DNA of 13,244 nucleotides, from contig JBNKNM010000155.1 of NCBI GenBank assembly GCA_050293845.1, forward strand, positions 1 to 13,244, read 5' to 3'. Positions 1 to 9,062 of this stretch are shown piece after piece. The DNA is from Pseudobacteriovorax sp. (lineage in GTDB: Bacteria; Bdellovibrionota_B; Oligoflexia; Oligoflexales; Oligoflexaceae). Below the pieces are notes generated by a model, which did no database searches, had not been told where the DNA came from, and saw only the letters and a program-made list of their open reading frames with translations. A program made the translations under genes and the position numbers. Position 1 is the stretch's first letter; the number at the start of each line of letters is the position of its first letter.

Positions 1-114
1 TCGCAAATTCAAGGAATTAATAAGTCAAAAATCCAAATTTGTTTTCTGGACGTCTATAGTAGGTTACCTCGATTGAGATCATATCCATTGCAATTAAAAA
101 AGATAGATGAGAAT

Positions 115-2184
115 TCACTTTAGCTTATTTGGTTTTTTTTCAGTAACGCTTATGACTTCATCGGCGATGTTTTCTATAGCGAGAACTTTTTTACTAGCAC
201 CTAGCTGTTCAGCAGACTTCGGCATGCCGTATACCACGCAGCTTTTTTCATCCTGAGTTATGGTGTAGGCACCATTTTCGCTGAGTTTCAGTAGGCCTTT
301 AGCACCATCAGCTCCCATACCAGTTAATAAAACCCCCACACGAGGACCTTTTAATGCAGCTAAGGAATGAAAAAGAACATCTACAGATGGGCGATGGCCA
401 TTCACTTTTTCTCCATCATAAACCTTAACCTTATACTGACTCCCTGACTTGACCACCTCCATATGGAAATTGCCAGGAGCAATCAACGCCAGACCAGATT
501 CTAGGGTATCACCATTTTCTGCTTCTTTCACATTGATCTCACAAAGATTATGCAGTCTCTCGGCAAACGATCGGGAATAAAATTCTGGTATATGTTGCAC
601 GATAACAATAGGAGGAATATTTGCTGGCAGTTTTATTAGAACCTTCATGATGGCTTCTGTACCACCTGTAGAAGCGCCAATGGCAATAATATAGGATGGG
701 TCAAAATTATTGGCAAAAACAGTATTTAGCCCTTTTAGATCATCATTAGGGTTGTTTTTAGTCGATTTTATAGCTTGGTTAAGCTTAGCTTCCAGAACTT
801 GTTTTTCCCGATCAGAAATTGTAGCAAAATCGCTTTTTAAATAGTCTGTAGCACCAGATTCCATTGCTTTAGCTAGTTTTCCCTCGTCTTGACGCGAAGA
901 AGCTACCAAAATTGTAGGAATATTAACGTGACTTTTTATTTTATTCAGATGAATGTAAGCATCGCACTCTAAGATAAGAAGATCCGCTTCTTTTTTTCTA
1001 ATACGGTCCACAGCTTCGCTGGCAGAACGCACAACATCGAATCCTACTGACTTAAAGCCAGGTATTTGGTTGATGACTGTTCTAATATTGGGAGATATTT
1101 TTATTGATGATTGTAATGTTATAACTTTGATTGTTTCTTGAATAGGGTTTGATTTTTTAATATAACTCGTTTTTGTTCCCTTGTCTACATTTTTAGCAAG
1201 CTCAAGACGGTGTGGCTTTTTATGGATACTAGATTGCTTACGGTGGTGTGTTTGCCTTAAATCAGTAGATTTTTTTCGAGATACATTTGCTTCTTCGGAC
1301 TCTTTTTTAGTATCATTCACAGAATTAACTACGGACTCAACACTGGATTTGGTATATATGGATTTTCCAAGATGTTTGACAGGTAATTTGGCTCCTAATA
1401 GGGATTCTGATACTCCAATTAAAAATAATCCATAAGGTTCCATATTTTTTAAAATATTTCTTGATATGGATTCTATTTCTTGAATTGAAAAATAGATAAA
1501 GACATTGCGGCAGAAAATTATATCGAATTTCTGCAAAAAAGTTTCTTTGTTTAGTGTCAGAAGATTGATGGTTTTGAATTCACAATGATCCTTCAAAGAG
1601 TTTTTAACCTTTGAAAAATTAGAAATATTTCCTTGCCCTCTAGTCCAGTGATTGGAACGATAATTTATAGGGACACGGCTGAGTTCTTCATTGCTATAGA
1701 CTCCATTTTTAGCCCAATGTACCGATGCTCCATCAACGTCACTAAACAGAATTTTGTAATCTAAACTAGCACCCAATTGTCTGAGGTGGTAGTCCAAAAA
1801 CATGGCAATGGTATAACCTTCTTGACCTCGGGAACAAGCAGCACACCATATGTTAATACTAGTTTTTTTTTGCTCTTTTATTTGGGCTATAAATTGAGGC
1901 AATATGGAATTAAGGTGATCAAAATGAACCTGTTCACGAAAGAAAAATGTATGATGAGTAGTAAGCAGTGAAATTAGAACAGGAATCTCATCTTCCTCGT
2001 GATTTTGCAGATACTCCCAATATTCTGCGGCACACAAGCCTCCCATGTTGCGCAGATGTTTGCTAAGTCTTGATAGTACCAGTGAATACTGCTTTTCCCC
2101 CAGTTGAACACCGGTAATGCTGGATATTTTCTTGGCAATTGCTTCAAAAATCTGACGATCATGGGATTCGGCAACAGCAGACAA
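115..2184 (-). CDS. cheR-cheB: CheR-CheB fusion: N-terminal CheR methyltransferase, basic linker, degenerate receiver domain, C-terminal CheB methylesterase
   Basis: CheR motifs TTHHTFFFRE, IWCAACSRGQEGYTIAM and FDIIFCRNVFIYF in residues ~1-280. CheB motifs IAIGASTGG (Ser505), IVQHIP, HRPSVD and LTGMGADG at the C-terminus. TTG start with AAGGAG 8 nt upstream (2193-2198). One uninterrupted 689-aa frame. Confidence 0.93.
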   Translation of the reverse strand: MSAVAESHDRQIFEAIAKKISSITGVQLGEKQYSLVLSRLSKHLRNMGGLCAAEYWEYLQNHEEDEIPVLISLLTTHHTFFFREQVHFDHLNSILPQFIAQIKEQKKTSINIWCAACSRGQEGYTIAMFLDYHLRQLGASLDYKILFSDVDGASVHWAKNGVYSNEELSRVPINYRSNHWTRGQGNISNFSKVKNSLKDHCEFKTINLLTLNKETFLQKFDIIFCRNVFIYFSIQEIESISRNILKNMEPYGLFLIGVSESLLGAKLPVKHLGKSIYTKSSVESVVNSVNDTKKESEEANVSRKKSTDLRQTHHRKQSSIHKKPHRLELAKNVDKGTKTSYIKKSNPIQETIKVITLQSSIKISPNIRTVINQIPGFKSVGFDVVRSASEAVDRIRKKEADLLILECDAYIHLNKIKSHVNIPTILVASSRQDEGKLAKAMESGATDYLKSDFATISDREKQVLEAKLNQAIKSTKNNPNDDLKGLNTVFANNFDPSYIIAIGASTGGTEAIMKVLIKLPANIPPIVIVQHIPEFYSRSFAERLHNLCEINVKEAENGDTLESGLALIAPGNFHMEVVKSGSQYKVKVYDGEKVNGHRPSVDVLFHSLAALKGPRVGVLLTGMGADGAKGLLKLSENGAYTITQDEKSCVVYGMPKSAEQLGASKKVLAIENIADEVISVTEKKPNKLK

Positions 2185-2202
2185 GTGTGGTTCTCCTTTT
2201 GT

Positions 2203-4347
2203 CTAATCCTTAAAGTTAGGATCATCAGCAGAAGGTATATCTTCAAAACCTGACGAGACTTTTTTAAGTGATGAGTTTGAACTGGTGTCACTTTCTTCCG
2301 CGATCTCGTCTTCATCATGGTCGGAACTAATCTTATGGACATTGGTAGGAAGGTCGTCGGAAATACTTTCGGTTGCATCTAAATCTAGTATAGTTTTATC
2401 TTTAGCTTTCTTTCTTTTTTTGAACTTAAACATTTCAAAAAATTCTTCGATGAAATTAAATTCAAAACCCTGTTGATTTGTAGCGGAGTCTTTATCAGCT
2501 CCGAATATCTCAGATTCTAGTTCCAATATAGCTTGACTTAGTATTTCAGATTGTTCTGATAAAAGATTAGAGCAATCACTGGTTTCATGAGCCATGTCCG
2601 AATTGGAGTGGGTTGTGGCGTCAAGCTCATTCATCGCGATAGAAATATTGTGGACGCCTTCCGCTTGCTCTTTAGATGCATTGGATATTTCATGCATGAG
2701 TTCTTTAACATGACTAACATGATCCACTACTTCTCCCAATATCTCATCGCAACGATTGGCAACATCAACACCTCCAGCGACCTTGTTACTGCCTTCTTGA
2801 ACCAATTTACCCATTTGTTTCTTTGAATCCTTTACAATATGCTCCACACTTTCACGGCTGGTTCGTAACAGTTCAGATATTTCCTTTGAAGCATTACCAC
2901 TCATCTGAGCTAAGTTTCCTACCTCTTCAGCAACAACTGCAAAACCTTTTCCATGATCACCTGCTCGAGCTGCTTCGACCGATGCATTAAAAGAGAGTAG
3001 CTTTGTTTGAAAAACAATATCGTTAATAATAGTTGTTTTGCTGGATATTTTTCCGATGATTTTTACAATACTCTCTATTTGTTGGTTTCCTTCTTCAACA
3101 CGGGTCATCATCTGGGTAATGGAGTTTTGAATCTCATCCATTGCTTCGCGCATCTGATTTACTGCTTCTCGCCCTTCAAAAGCAATTTGATGTGAAAGAT
3201 TAGCTTTCTCGGCCGAAGAATTGGCATTTTCCACACTTTTATTAACCATGGCTGTGATTTCATTCAGCGTGGCAACCGTTTCCTGGATTGCAGATGCTTG
3301 TTCAGTGGTGGCAACAGAAACACGATTCGAAGTGCTTTTGAGATTAACACTGCTTTTTTTAGTGTCATGGGAAGATAATCTAATGCGATCAGATATGAAG
3401 GATAAAGCCTTTGTGGTTCGATTGATCAATAACAGCGCTATAAACATGATTAAGAAGGTGATAAACACAACAGTTGTTTTAACCACATTTATAAAACTCT
3501 CAATTTTTTGAGTACCTTTAATCTGATCCTGGGTAGTCTTTTCTATGGTATCTATACCTTTAAGGATATACTCTTCAGCAGTAAGAATATGTTTTTGTAG
3601 ATCTTGGGAACTATTTTTTAATTTTATATGATTTTTATGAATTTGATCTAATAGATTGAGATAATTAGAGCTCAATCTTTCAAGATTGATTAGTTTAGAA
3701 GAATTTGATCCGCTAATGATTTTTAGTAGCTCTTGGTGTGCATTTTTAGTGTTACCTATGTAACTAGTCTTCCAAGTGCTTAAGTAATCCTTACTAGCTT
3801 CTATAAATTTGTTAGCATAAAGAGTTATTTTGTATTTTCTAGGGCCAACTAATTCACCAGTTTGTTTGTTGATTTGCTGGCTTAACTTTGAAAGTTCTCC
3901 TATCATTCCTTTTCTTTGGTTTCCTTCGGAAGATGCTAGTTTAACTATTTCATTGAAGGAATTGATGTAGGACTGGAGGCTGTTATCTATAGTTTTGATA
4001 GCCTCTTTTTCTAGAATATCTTTAGCATCATTATCAAGAGTTTTTATTGACTTCTGGAAATCGCTGTAACTTTCCTTTATGAGGTCTAGATATATTTCAT
4101 CTCTGGAACTCATAAAGTCTTTTTCTGTTCTGGTAATCTCGAGCATTTGTATCTGGAGATTAAATAGATCGGTCTCAATTTTTTGAAAATAGTTTATGGA
4201 ACGCCGATATTGGTTACTGACAATATTTCCCAAAAAGACACTACTAATAATACTAGCTGTGGTAATGATAAATATTGATCCTAAAATGATACGCATTTTC
4301 CCTTTGAGGGATAGGGATGCTAGTAGGTTTGCAATAAATTTCATCAT
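2203..4347 (-). CDS. Methyl-accepting chemotaxis protein (2 TM, ~245-aa helical periplasmic sensor, no obvious HAMP, long C-terminal tail)
   Basis: Hairpin-tip motif [36 protein letters not shown] and methylation-type EQ/QE pairs ([16 protein letters not shown]). TM1 ~res 20-41, TM2 ~res 293-311. ATGA overlap with the cheW stop; the start could be the second ATG (4344). Confidence 0.95.
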   Translation of the reverse strand: MMKFIANLLASLSLKGKMRIILGSIFIITTASIISSVFLGNIVSNQYRRSINYFQKIETDLFNLQIQMLEITRTEKDFMSSRDEIYLDLIKESYSDFQKSIKTLDNDAKDILEKEAIKTIDNSLQSYINSFNEIVKLASSEGNQRKGMIGELSKLSQQINKQTGELVGPRKYKITLYANKFIEASKDYLSTWKTSYIGNTKNAHQELLKIISGSNSSKLINLERLSSNYLNLLDQIHKNHIKLKNSSQDLQKHILTAEEYILKGIDTIEKTTQDQIKGTQKIESFINVVKTTVVFITFLIMFIALLLINRTTKALSFISDRIRLSSHDTKKSSVNLKSTSNRVSVATTEQASAIQETVATLNEITAMVNKSVENANSSAEKANLSHQIAFEGREAVNQMREAMDEIQNSITQMMTRVEEGNQQIESIVKIIGKISSKTTIINDIVFQTKLLSFNASVEAARAGDHGKGFAVVAEEVGNLAQMSGNASKEISELLRTSRESVEHIVKDSKKQMGKLVQEGSNKVAGGVDVANRCDEILGEVVDHVSHVKELMHEISNASKEQAEGVHNISIAMNELDATTHSNSDMAHETSDCSNLLSEQSEILSQAILELESEIFGADKDSATNQQGFEFNFIEEFFEMFKFKKRKKAKDKTILDLDATESISDDLPTNVHKISSDHDEDEIAEESDTSSNSSLKKVSSGFEDIPSADDPNFKD

Positions 4348-4886
4348 ACCGCCTTTTGCTCAGTTGTTGGGTTTTGGATAAGCTCTTTATCTTTATGATC
4401 AAGAATTTTATCTACATCCAAAAAAAGAACTAGATTTTTGTCACTTTTATAACATCCAGTAACAAATTCGGTTGAAGGGTTTGATTCAATTTCCGGTGGA
4501 GGAGAAAAATCTTCATTATCGATGGCAATGACTCTGTTAATAGAATCAACCACAACACCTAACTGAGTGTATTCCAAGTCAACAATAATAACTGCTGTTT
4601 CTGTAGTAGATTCTTGTTCTGAAATCTTCATTCTTTTACGAAGGTCGATTACAGATAAAACTTGACCCCTGAGGTTCATAATACCTAGATAGTATTCAGG
4701 GGTGAATGGGACATTTGTGGTTTCTGGGACAGCGATTACTTCCTTTACAGTAAGAAGAGGAATAGCAAATTTCTCTTCACCTAAATTAAACTCCAGATAA
4801 CGACCGCAATCTAAATGCCCATTTTTTGAAGAGTGAGTTTCATCTAATTTGGGCTCACCATTGTTAAAGTCAAATGTTTCAGTCAT
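4344..4886 (-). CDS. cheW: Chemotaxis coupling protein CheW
   Basis: [38 protein letters not shown] and LGVVVDSI motifs. AGGA SD, and ATGA overlap with the cheA stop at 4883-4886. Confidence 0.96.
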   Translation of the reverse strand: MTETFDFNNGEPKLDETHSSKNGHLDCGRYLEFNLGEEKFAIPLLTVKEVIAVPETTNVPFTPEYYLGIMNLRGQVLSVIDLRKRMKISEQESTTETAVIIVDLEYTQLGVVVDSINRVIAIDNEDFSPPPEIESNPSTEFVTGCYKSDKNLVLFLDVDKILDHKDKELIQNPTTEQKAV

Positions 4887-6616
4887 GCTGTGATCCTTTT
4901 CGCAGTTAGGTCAATCAATTTTCGCCTGCGAATCAAGTTTGAAAGTTCAACAATGAGCGCCGGCTTTCCATCGCCGAGTATAGTGCTTCCACTAAACTCC
5001 TTAAGTCCTTGAATTTCATTGCCGAGGTTTTTGATAACAATCTGCTGCCGGCCTACAATCTCATCTACAATAATAGCGAAGATTTTATCCTGAGATTGAG
5101 CTATTAGTGCTATTTGTTCCCGATTTTTTTCAAGTGTATCAATGTTGAACAGGTCATCTAACCTGAATACTGGTAAGCGTTCTCCTCTCAGAGTAAGTAC
5201 TTCTCCAAGGGCGGTAGATTTTGCAATTTCAAAGTCTTTTATTTTGACGCTTTCTCTGATATCTGCTAATGGTATAACAAATTTCTCTATACCAGTTTGT
5301 ACTACAGTGCCTTCGATTATGGAAAATGTTTGCGGAAGGGTGATTCTAAATTGACTCCCTTTATGGAGGGTTGATTTGATGTCAATTTCTCCCGACATTG
5401 CTTTGATATTGTTACTCACTACGTCCATGCCTACACCGCGCCCGGAGATATCTGTAACTTTATCTTTTGTACTAAAGCCGGGATGAAAAATGAGATGCTG
5501 GATCTCAGAGTTAGACAGCTTGGCTTTAGAACTAATAATTCCTAATTTAATAGCTTTTTCACGAATTACATCCAAATCAATACCGCTGCCATCATCGGTG
5601 ATGTAAAAGACTAATCTTCCGGCCTCATGGCAGGCTTGAAGAACGATATTTCCTGTGGGAGGTTTACCATTTTTCTCGCGAATATCAGGTAGCTCAATAC
5701 CGTGATCCACTGCATTACGAATGATATGAACCAGAGGATCACCAACGAGATCTAAAATGGATTTATCGACTTCAACATCTTCACCAATAACCTGTAAGTT
5801 GACTTTTTTACCAAGTTTTGTTGTGATGTCGCGTACGATGCGGCGCATTTTTTGAAAGATAGGCTTTAAAGGTAGCATCCGCAAGGAAACAGAAACGTCC
5901 TGAACGTCTTTGCTAATTTTAGAAAGTTGTTTAACCGTGCTCTCTAAAGCTGTGCCAGAAAACTGGTCAATCTGTTCATCTAAGACTGTTAGCAAGATCG
6001 CCATTTCTCCGATATAGTTGACAAGCTTATCAATTCTTTCCTGACTAACTTTGATTTGTTCTTGGCTTTTTCTTTTATGACCATGAGATTGATGCCCCAT
6101 TGCTCTTTGTTGGTGGTCATGGTGATCTTCAGTTAGCTCCTCCTCTTCATCAAAGAAACCAAATCCACTAGCAGGAGCGGCTTTTTTTGCTGTCGCTGCT
6201 GATGTATTCAAGGGCAGTTTTAGCTTCTCAATTTCTTGGACTAACTCGTCAAAGTTAAAGGATGCTGACAGATCATCTTTTAAAGTCTCGATCATCTCTT
6301 TGATGCGGTCATTGCACTTTAATAGAGTTCCAATAACTTCCCGGGAAATCGATAATCGATTCTCTTTAACTTCTAAAAGTAGAGCTTCTACTTCATGGGT
6401 AAATTTACCTACTGGACTCAAACCAACTGCCATGGAGCTGCCTTTTAAACTGTGAGCAGCTCGAAATACCTGGTCAATAACACCAGTCTCGTGGGGGCTA
6501 TCCTCAAGACTTAAAAGCCCCGCTTCCATTTCTTCGATAAACTCATCAGCTTCACTTAAAAATGTTTGGATCAGCTGCTCCATCTCAGAATTTTCGAATA
6601 CTTGGCTCAAGTACAT
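4883..6616 (-). CDS. cheA: Chemotaxis histidine kinase CheA lacking a P2 domain
   Basis: HPT motif FRAAHSLKG, dimerisation helix, HATPase motifs HIIRNAVDHGIE / DDGSGID / ISGRGVGMDVV, and a C-terminal CheW-like P5. The real start may be the TTG at 6610, because AAGGAG abuts the ATG at 6616 but lies 6 nt from the TTG. Confidence 0.96.
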   Translation of the reverse strand: MYLSQVFENSEMEQLIQTFLSEADEFIEEMEAGLLSLEDSPHETGVIDQVFRAAHSLKGSSMAVGLSPVGKFTHEVEALLLEVKENRLSISREVIGTLLKCNDRIKEMIETLKDDLSASFNFDELVQEIEKLKLPLNTSAATAKKAAPASGFGFFDEEEELTEDHHDHQQRAMGHQSHGHKRKSQEQIKVSQERIDKLVNYIGEMAILLTVLDEQIDQFSGTALESTVKQLSKISKDVQDVSVSLRMLPLKPIFQKMRRIVRDITTKLGKKVNLQVIGEDVEVDKSILDLVGDPLVHIIRNAVDHGIELPDIREKNGKPPTGNIVLQACHEAGRLVFYITDDGSGIDLDVIREKAIKLGIISSKAKLSNSEIQHLIFHPGFSTKDKVTDISGRGVGMDVVSNNIKAMSGEIDIKSTLHKGSQFRITLPQTFSIIEGTVVQTGIEKFVIPLADIRESVKIKDFEIAKSTALGEVLTLRGERLPVFRLDDLFNIDTLEKNREQIALIAQSQDKIFAIIVDEIVGRQQIVIKNLGNEIQGLKEFSGSTILGDGKPALIVELSNLIRRRKLIDLTAKRITA

Positions 6617-6656
6617 CTCCTTGGACTAAAATATGACACTATTTCAATCTAAAGGG

Positions 6657-6683
6657 ATATCGGCAGTTTCTGAGCTTGTCTTA
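6657..6683 (-). promoter_or_regulatory. Sigma28 (FliA)-type promoter of the che operon
   Basis: Minus strand reads TAAG-N15-GCCGATAT versus consensus TAAA-N15-GCCGATAA, about 40 nt upstream of cheA, the expected context. Confidence 0.8.
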
Positions 6684-6722
6684 GAGCTTTAGAAATTTAT
6701 TCTCTTACCTATTGGAAAATAT

Positions 6723-7973
6723 TCATAGTCTTAAATTAGTATTAGGAACTTGTATTTGGACTACAGTTCCCTGTGTTGTACTTCTAATCGATAAGCTTCC
6801 ACCAAAAGCTTCCACAACAAGCTTGGTTACCGAGAGACAAAATCCACCGGATTTTTCGCCACGAGCTGCTTCGCTCTTTGAGACAAAATCAAAGTCAAAC
6901 ATTTTGCTGAGAGTGTTTGGAGGAATGCCTTTTCCCTCGTCGGAAATAGATATTACAAAAAAACGTCCCTTAGTGTGCCCCGAAATAGTAATTGTTCCTT
7001 GAGGAGGGGAAAAACGGATAGCATTATATAGCACATTTCCTAGCACCACCTGCTGGCATAAGTGCCTGTCGACAAAACCTATCCCCTGAGAATCTATGTC
7101 ATCCAAATCAACTTTGACTCCAGAGGACTGGGCAAAATCAATGAGAGATGCATGACAGCCCACAATCAGGTCTTTCATTCTGTAAGCATCAATACGTAAA
7201 AAATGGGGAGGGTGGATAGCTTCAAATCCACGAAGACTATGGAGAACACGATTGATGACTTCAGAAGAACGCTCAACCTTTCTCCATAGCTCAAGTTGCT
7301 TTTCGGGGTTTCCATCATATGTGCCAGTGGCTGCAATTTGAGAACACCCTAAAATCAGAGTGAGTGGGTTACTAATGTCATGGCATGCTGATCTAATAAG
7401 GTTTTTAAAAGAATTTTGCTTGATGGCATAATTGCGACGAAATTGCTTGATAATAACCACGAAGCCAAGATAGGCTACCAGTAGAGCGAGAAGTGCAGGA
7501 AACGCTTGTAGGGGATGATTATATGAGACGTTTGATCCCTTTATTAGTAATAGTATACTAATCATAGAAAGACCTCCTAGCCCCATCCATCTGTCCAATG
7601 GGGTGGCGGCGATGAGGACTAGTAACGGAACCAAAATTAACATAAGAAATAACATAGACCAAGAGCTGCCAAGTATCCCCTCGCATACAATAAGCCCAAT
7701 AAAATAAATCAGCAGAATCTTATTAATTTTAGTTTCATCTGCTTCAGAGCCAATGACATTGACTAATAATGTACTGACCACCACTGTCGTAGTGAGCAAA
7801 ACACTTGTAATACCAAGAAAACCCCATAAAACATGTACCAATGTATAGATTTGTCCCGCTAGTAAAGATATGTCATACACCTCTTTAGAGGGTGTGTAAT
7901 TCAAATCCTCTGTATGGAATAGTCCTTTCCAGGGAGTGGTCATTGAGCTTAGTAATTTAGTTAAAGCTATCAT
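6723..7973 (-). CDS. Multi-TM sensor histidine kinase (HisKA + HATPase_c) with degenerate G2 box
   Basis: About 5-6 hydrophobic N-terminal helices. H-box CHDISNPL, N-box GNVLYNAIRFS, G1 DEGKGIP; G2 reads SGGFCL instead of GxGLGL. Start uncertain (weak SD). Confidence 0.88.
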   Translation of the reverse strand: MIALTKLLSSMTTPWKGLFHTEDLNYTPSKEVYDISLLAGQIYTLVHVLWGFLGITSVLLTTTVVVSTLLVNVIGSEADETKINKILLIYFIGLIVCEGILGSSWSMLFLMLILVPLLVLIAATPLDRWMGLGGLSMISILLLIKGSNVSYNHPLQAFPALLALLVAYLGFVVIIKQFRRNYAIKQNSFKNLIRSACHDISNPLTLILGCSQIAATGTYDGNPEKQLELWRKVERSSEVINRVLHSLRGFEAIHPPHFLRIDAYRMKDLIVGCHASLIDFAQSSGVKVDLDDIDSQGIGFVDRHLCQQVVLGNVLYNAIRFSPPQGTITISGHTKGRFFVISISDEGKGIPPNTLSKMFDFDFVSKSEAARGEKSGGFCLSVTKLVVEAFGGSLSIRSTTQGTVVQIQVPNTNLRL

Positions 7974-8129
7974 GAGGCATCAACTTTCTAATATGTGGCA
8001 GTTTCCATGAAACCAAGCCAGCATAAACTGATTCAGTTCACGAAGTAAAAATTTCTTACTAAAATAATACGAATTGTAGCTGTTAAATCCCAATAGTTAA
8101 AGGGAAAGAAGCTGTAGTTAGGTTTAATT

Positions 8130-8156
8130 TTAAGTGCTGGGTATAATTTCCGATAA
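8130..8156 (+). promoter_or_regulatory. Sigma28-like promoter upstream of the lipoprotein gene
   Basis: TTAA-N15-TCCGATAA, about 55 nt before ATG 8211. Confidence 0.55.
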
Positions 8157-8210
8157 GAAAGTGGCATATTATGCCGCAGAGGTAATGAAAGTCAGTGTAT
8201 TGGGATCTTT

Positions 8211-9062
8211 ATGATTTTTATCCTATTGATAATATTGGGCTTTAATTCGTGTACCAGCAAGGATAGCAGAGATTATCGGGAAGATATTGCCATTCGTCAA
8301 TCATCCTCCGATGATAGTCAAGTAGAGGCCGAGATTGGAGTTTCCGAGGATGTTCTTTCCCGCCAAGAAGATCGATTCGAAGTAATACCAGAGCAAGACG
8401 CGGTTGTTGCACTGGCCTATAAATCTTGTTTAGAAGCCAAGCAAGAGCAACCAGAAGCCAGTGACGGAGTTTTTCCCCTTTACCATATGTCTGCTAACAA
8501 CGAGATTGTCAGTTATCTTGGATATTGTGACATGAGCACCGATGGAGGCGGTTGGACTTTGGTCATGAACTATCTTCATCAAGGTTTGACGAATCCCCCC
8601 TTGGTACTGCGGAATCAAAACTTGCCGCTGATAAATTCAAGTACTTTGGGAGATGATGAGCAAAATACAGAATTTTGGGGACATGCAGTGCCGAGTCTAC
8701 TGGCTAATATCCCTTTTACAGAAGCTCGTTTTTTCTGCCGAACCGGCGCCCACAACAGAACCCTGCACTTTAAGACAAGTGAGCCCCAGTGTTTGGACTA
8801 TCTTAAAACTGGTAGTGGCAATTGTCAAAATGTTGGCAATGCCTTTACAGCTTTACTGGGGCATGACACAAGCCTGCCATTGGCGGCTATGGCTCCCAAT
8901 TCTGACCAGATGGATCTGGCCCTAACTTCATCTCTAATGAGAGATACCAATGGGACAGTGAACTGGGAGTTGGCATCAGGTGGTGGTAACGATGATTGGG
9001 AATGTGATGATGACATAGATGATAATTCACAAAATACTCTCCACCGTGCTTGGGTTCGTTAG
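8211..9062 (+). CDS. Putative lipoprotein with fibrinogen-like (YCDxxxxGGGW) domain
   Basis: Hydrophobic leader ending FNSC (lipobox-like). SCLEAK...DGVF...YCDMSTDGGGWTLV matches the fibrinogen-related/intelectin N-terminal signature. Several Cys and an acidic C-terminus DDWECDDDIDDN. Confidence 0.78.
   Translation: MIFILLIILGFNSCTSKDSRDYREDIAIRQSSSDDSQVEAEIGVSEDVLSRQEDRFEVIPEQDAVVALAYKSCLEAKQEQPEASDGVFPLYHMSANNEIVSYLGYCDMSTDGGGWTLVMNYLHQGLTNPPLVLRNQNLPLINSSTLGDDEQNTEFWGHAVPSLLANIPFTEARFFCRTGAHNRTLHFKTSEPQCLDYLKTGSGNCQNVGNAFTALLGHDTSLPLAAMAPNSDQMDLALTSSLMRDTNGTVNWELASGGGNDDWECDDDIDDNSQNTLHRAWVR

Noticed and set aside
1..123. Open + strand frame 1-123 (SQIQGINKSK...DENSL*) that could be the 3' end of a convergent gene
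   Set aside because: Only 40 codons with no recognisable motif, and frame 2 is also open to position 76, so it cannot be assigned without upstream sequence. No cheY start is visible on the minus strand here.
1974..2378. 134-aa minus-strand ORF spanning the MCP / cheR-cheB junction
   Set aside because: Alternative frame overlapping two well-supported genes; no motif or SD.
1181..5354. Short + strand ORFs (1181, 1777, 2285, 2587, 3007, 3221, 4196, 5142)
   Set aside because: Antisense shadows of the che genes with no recognisable domains.
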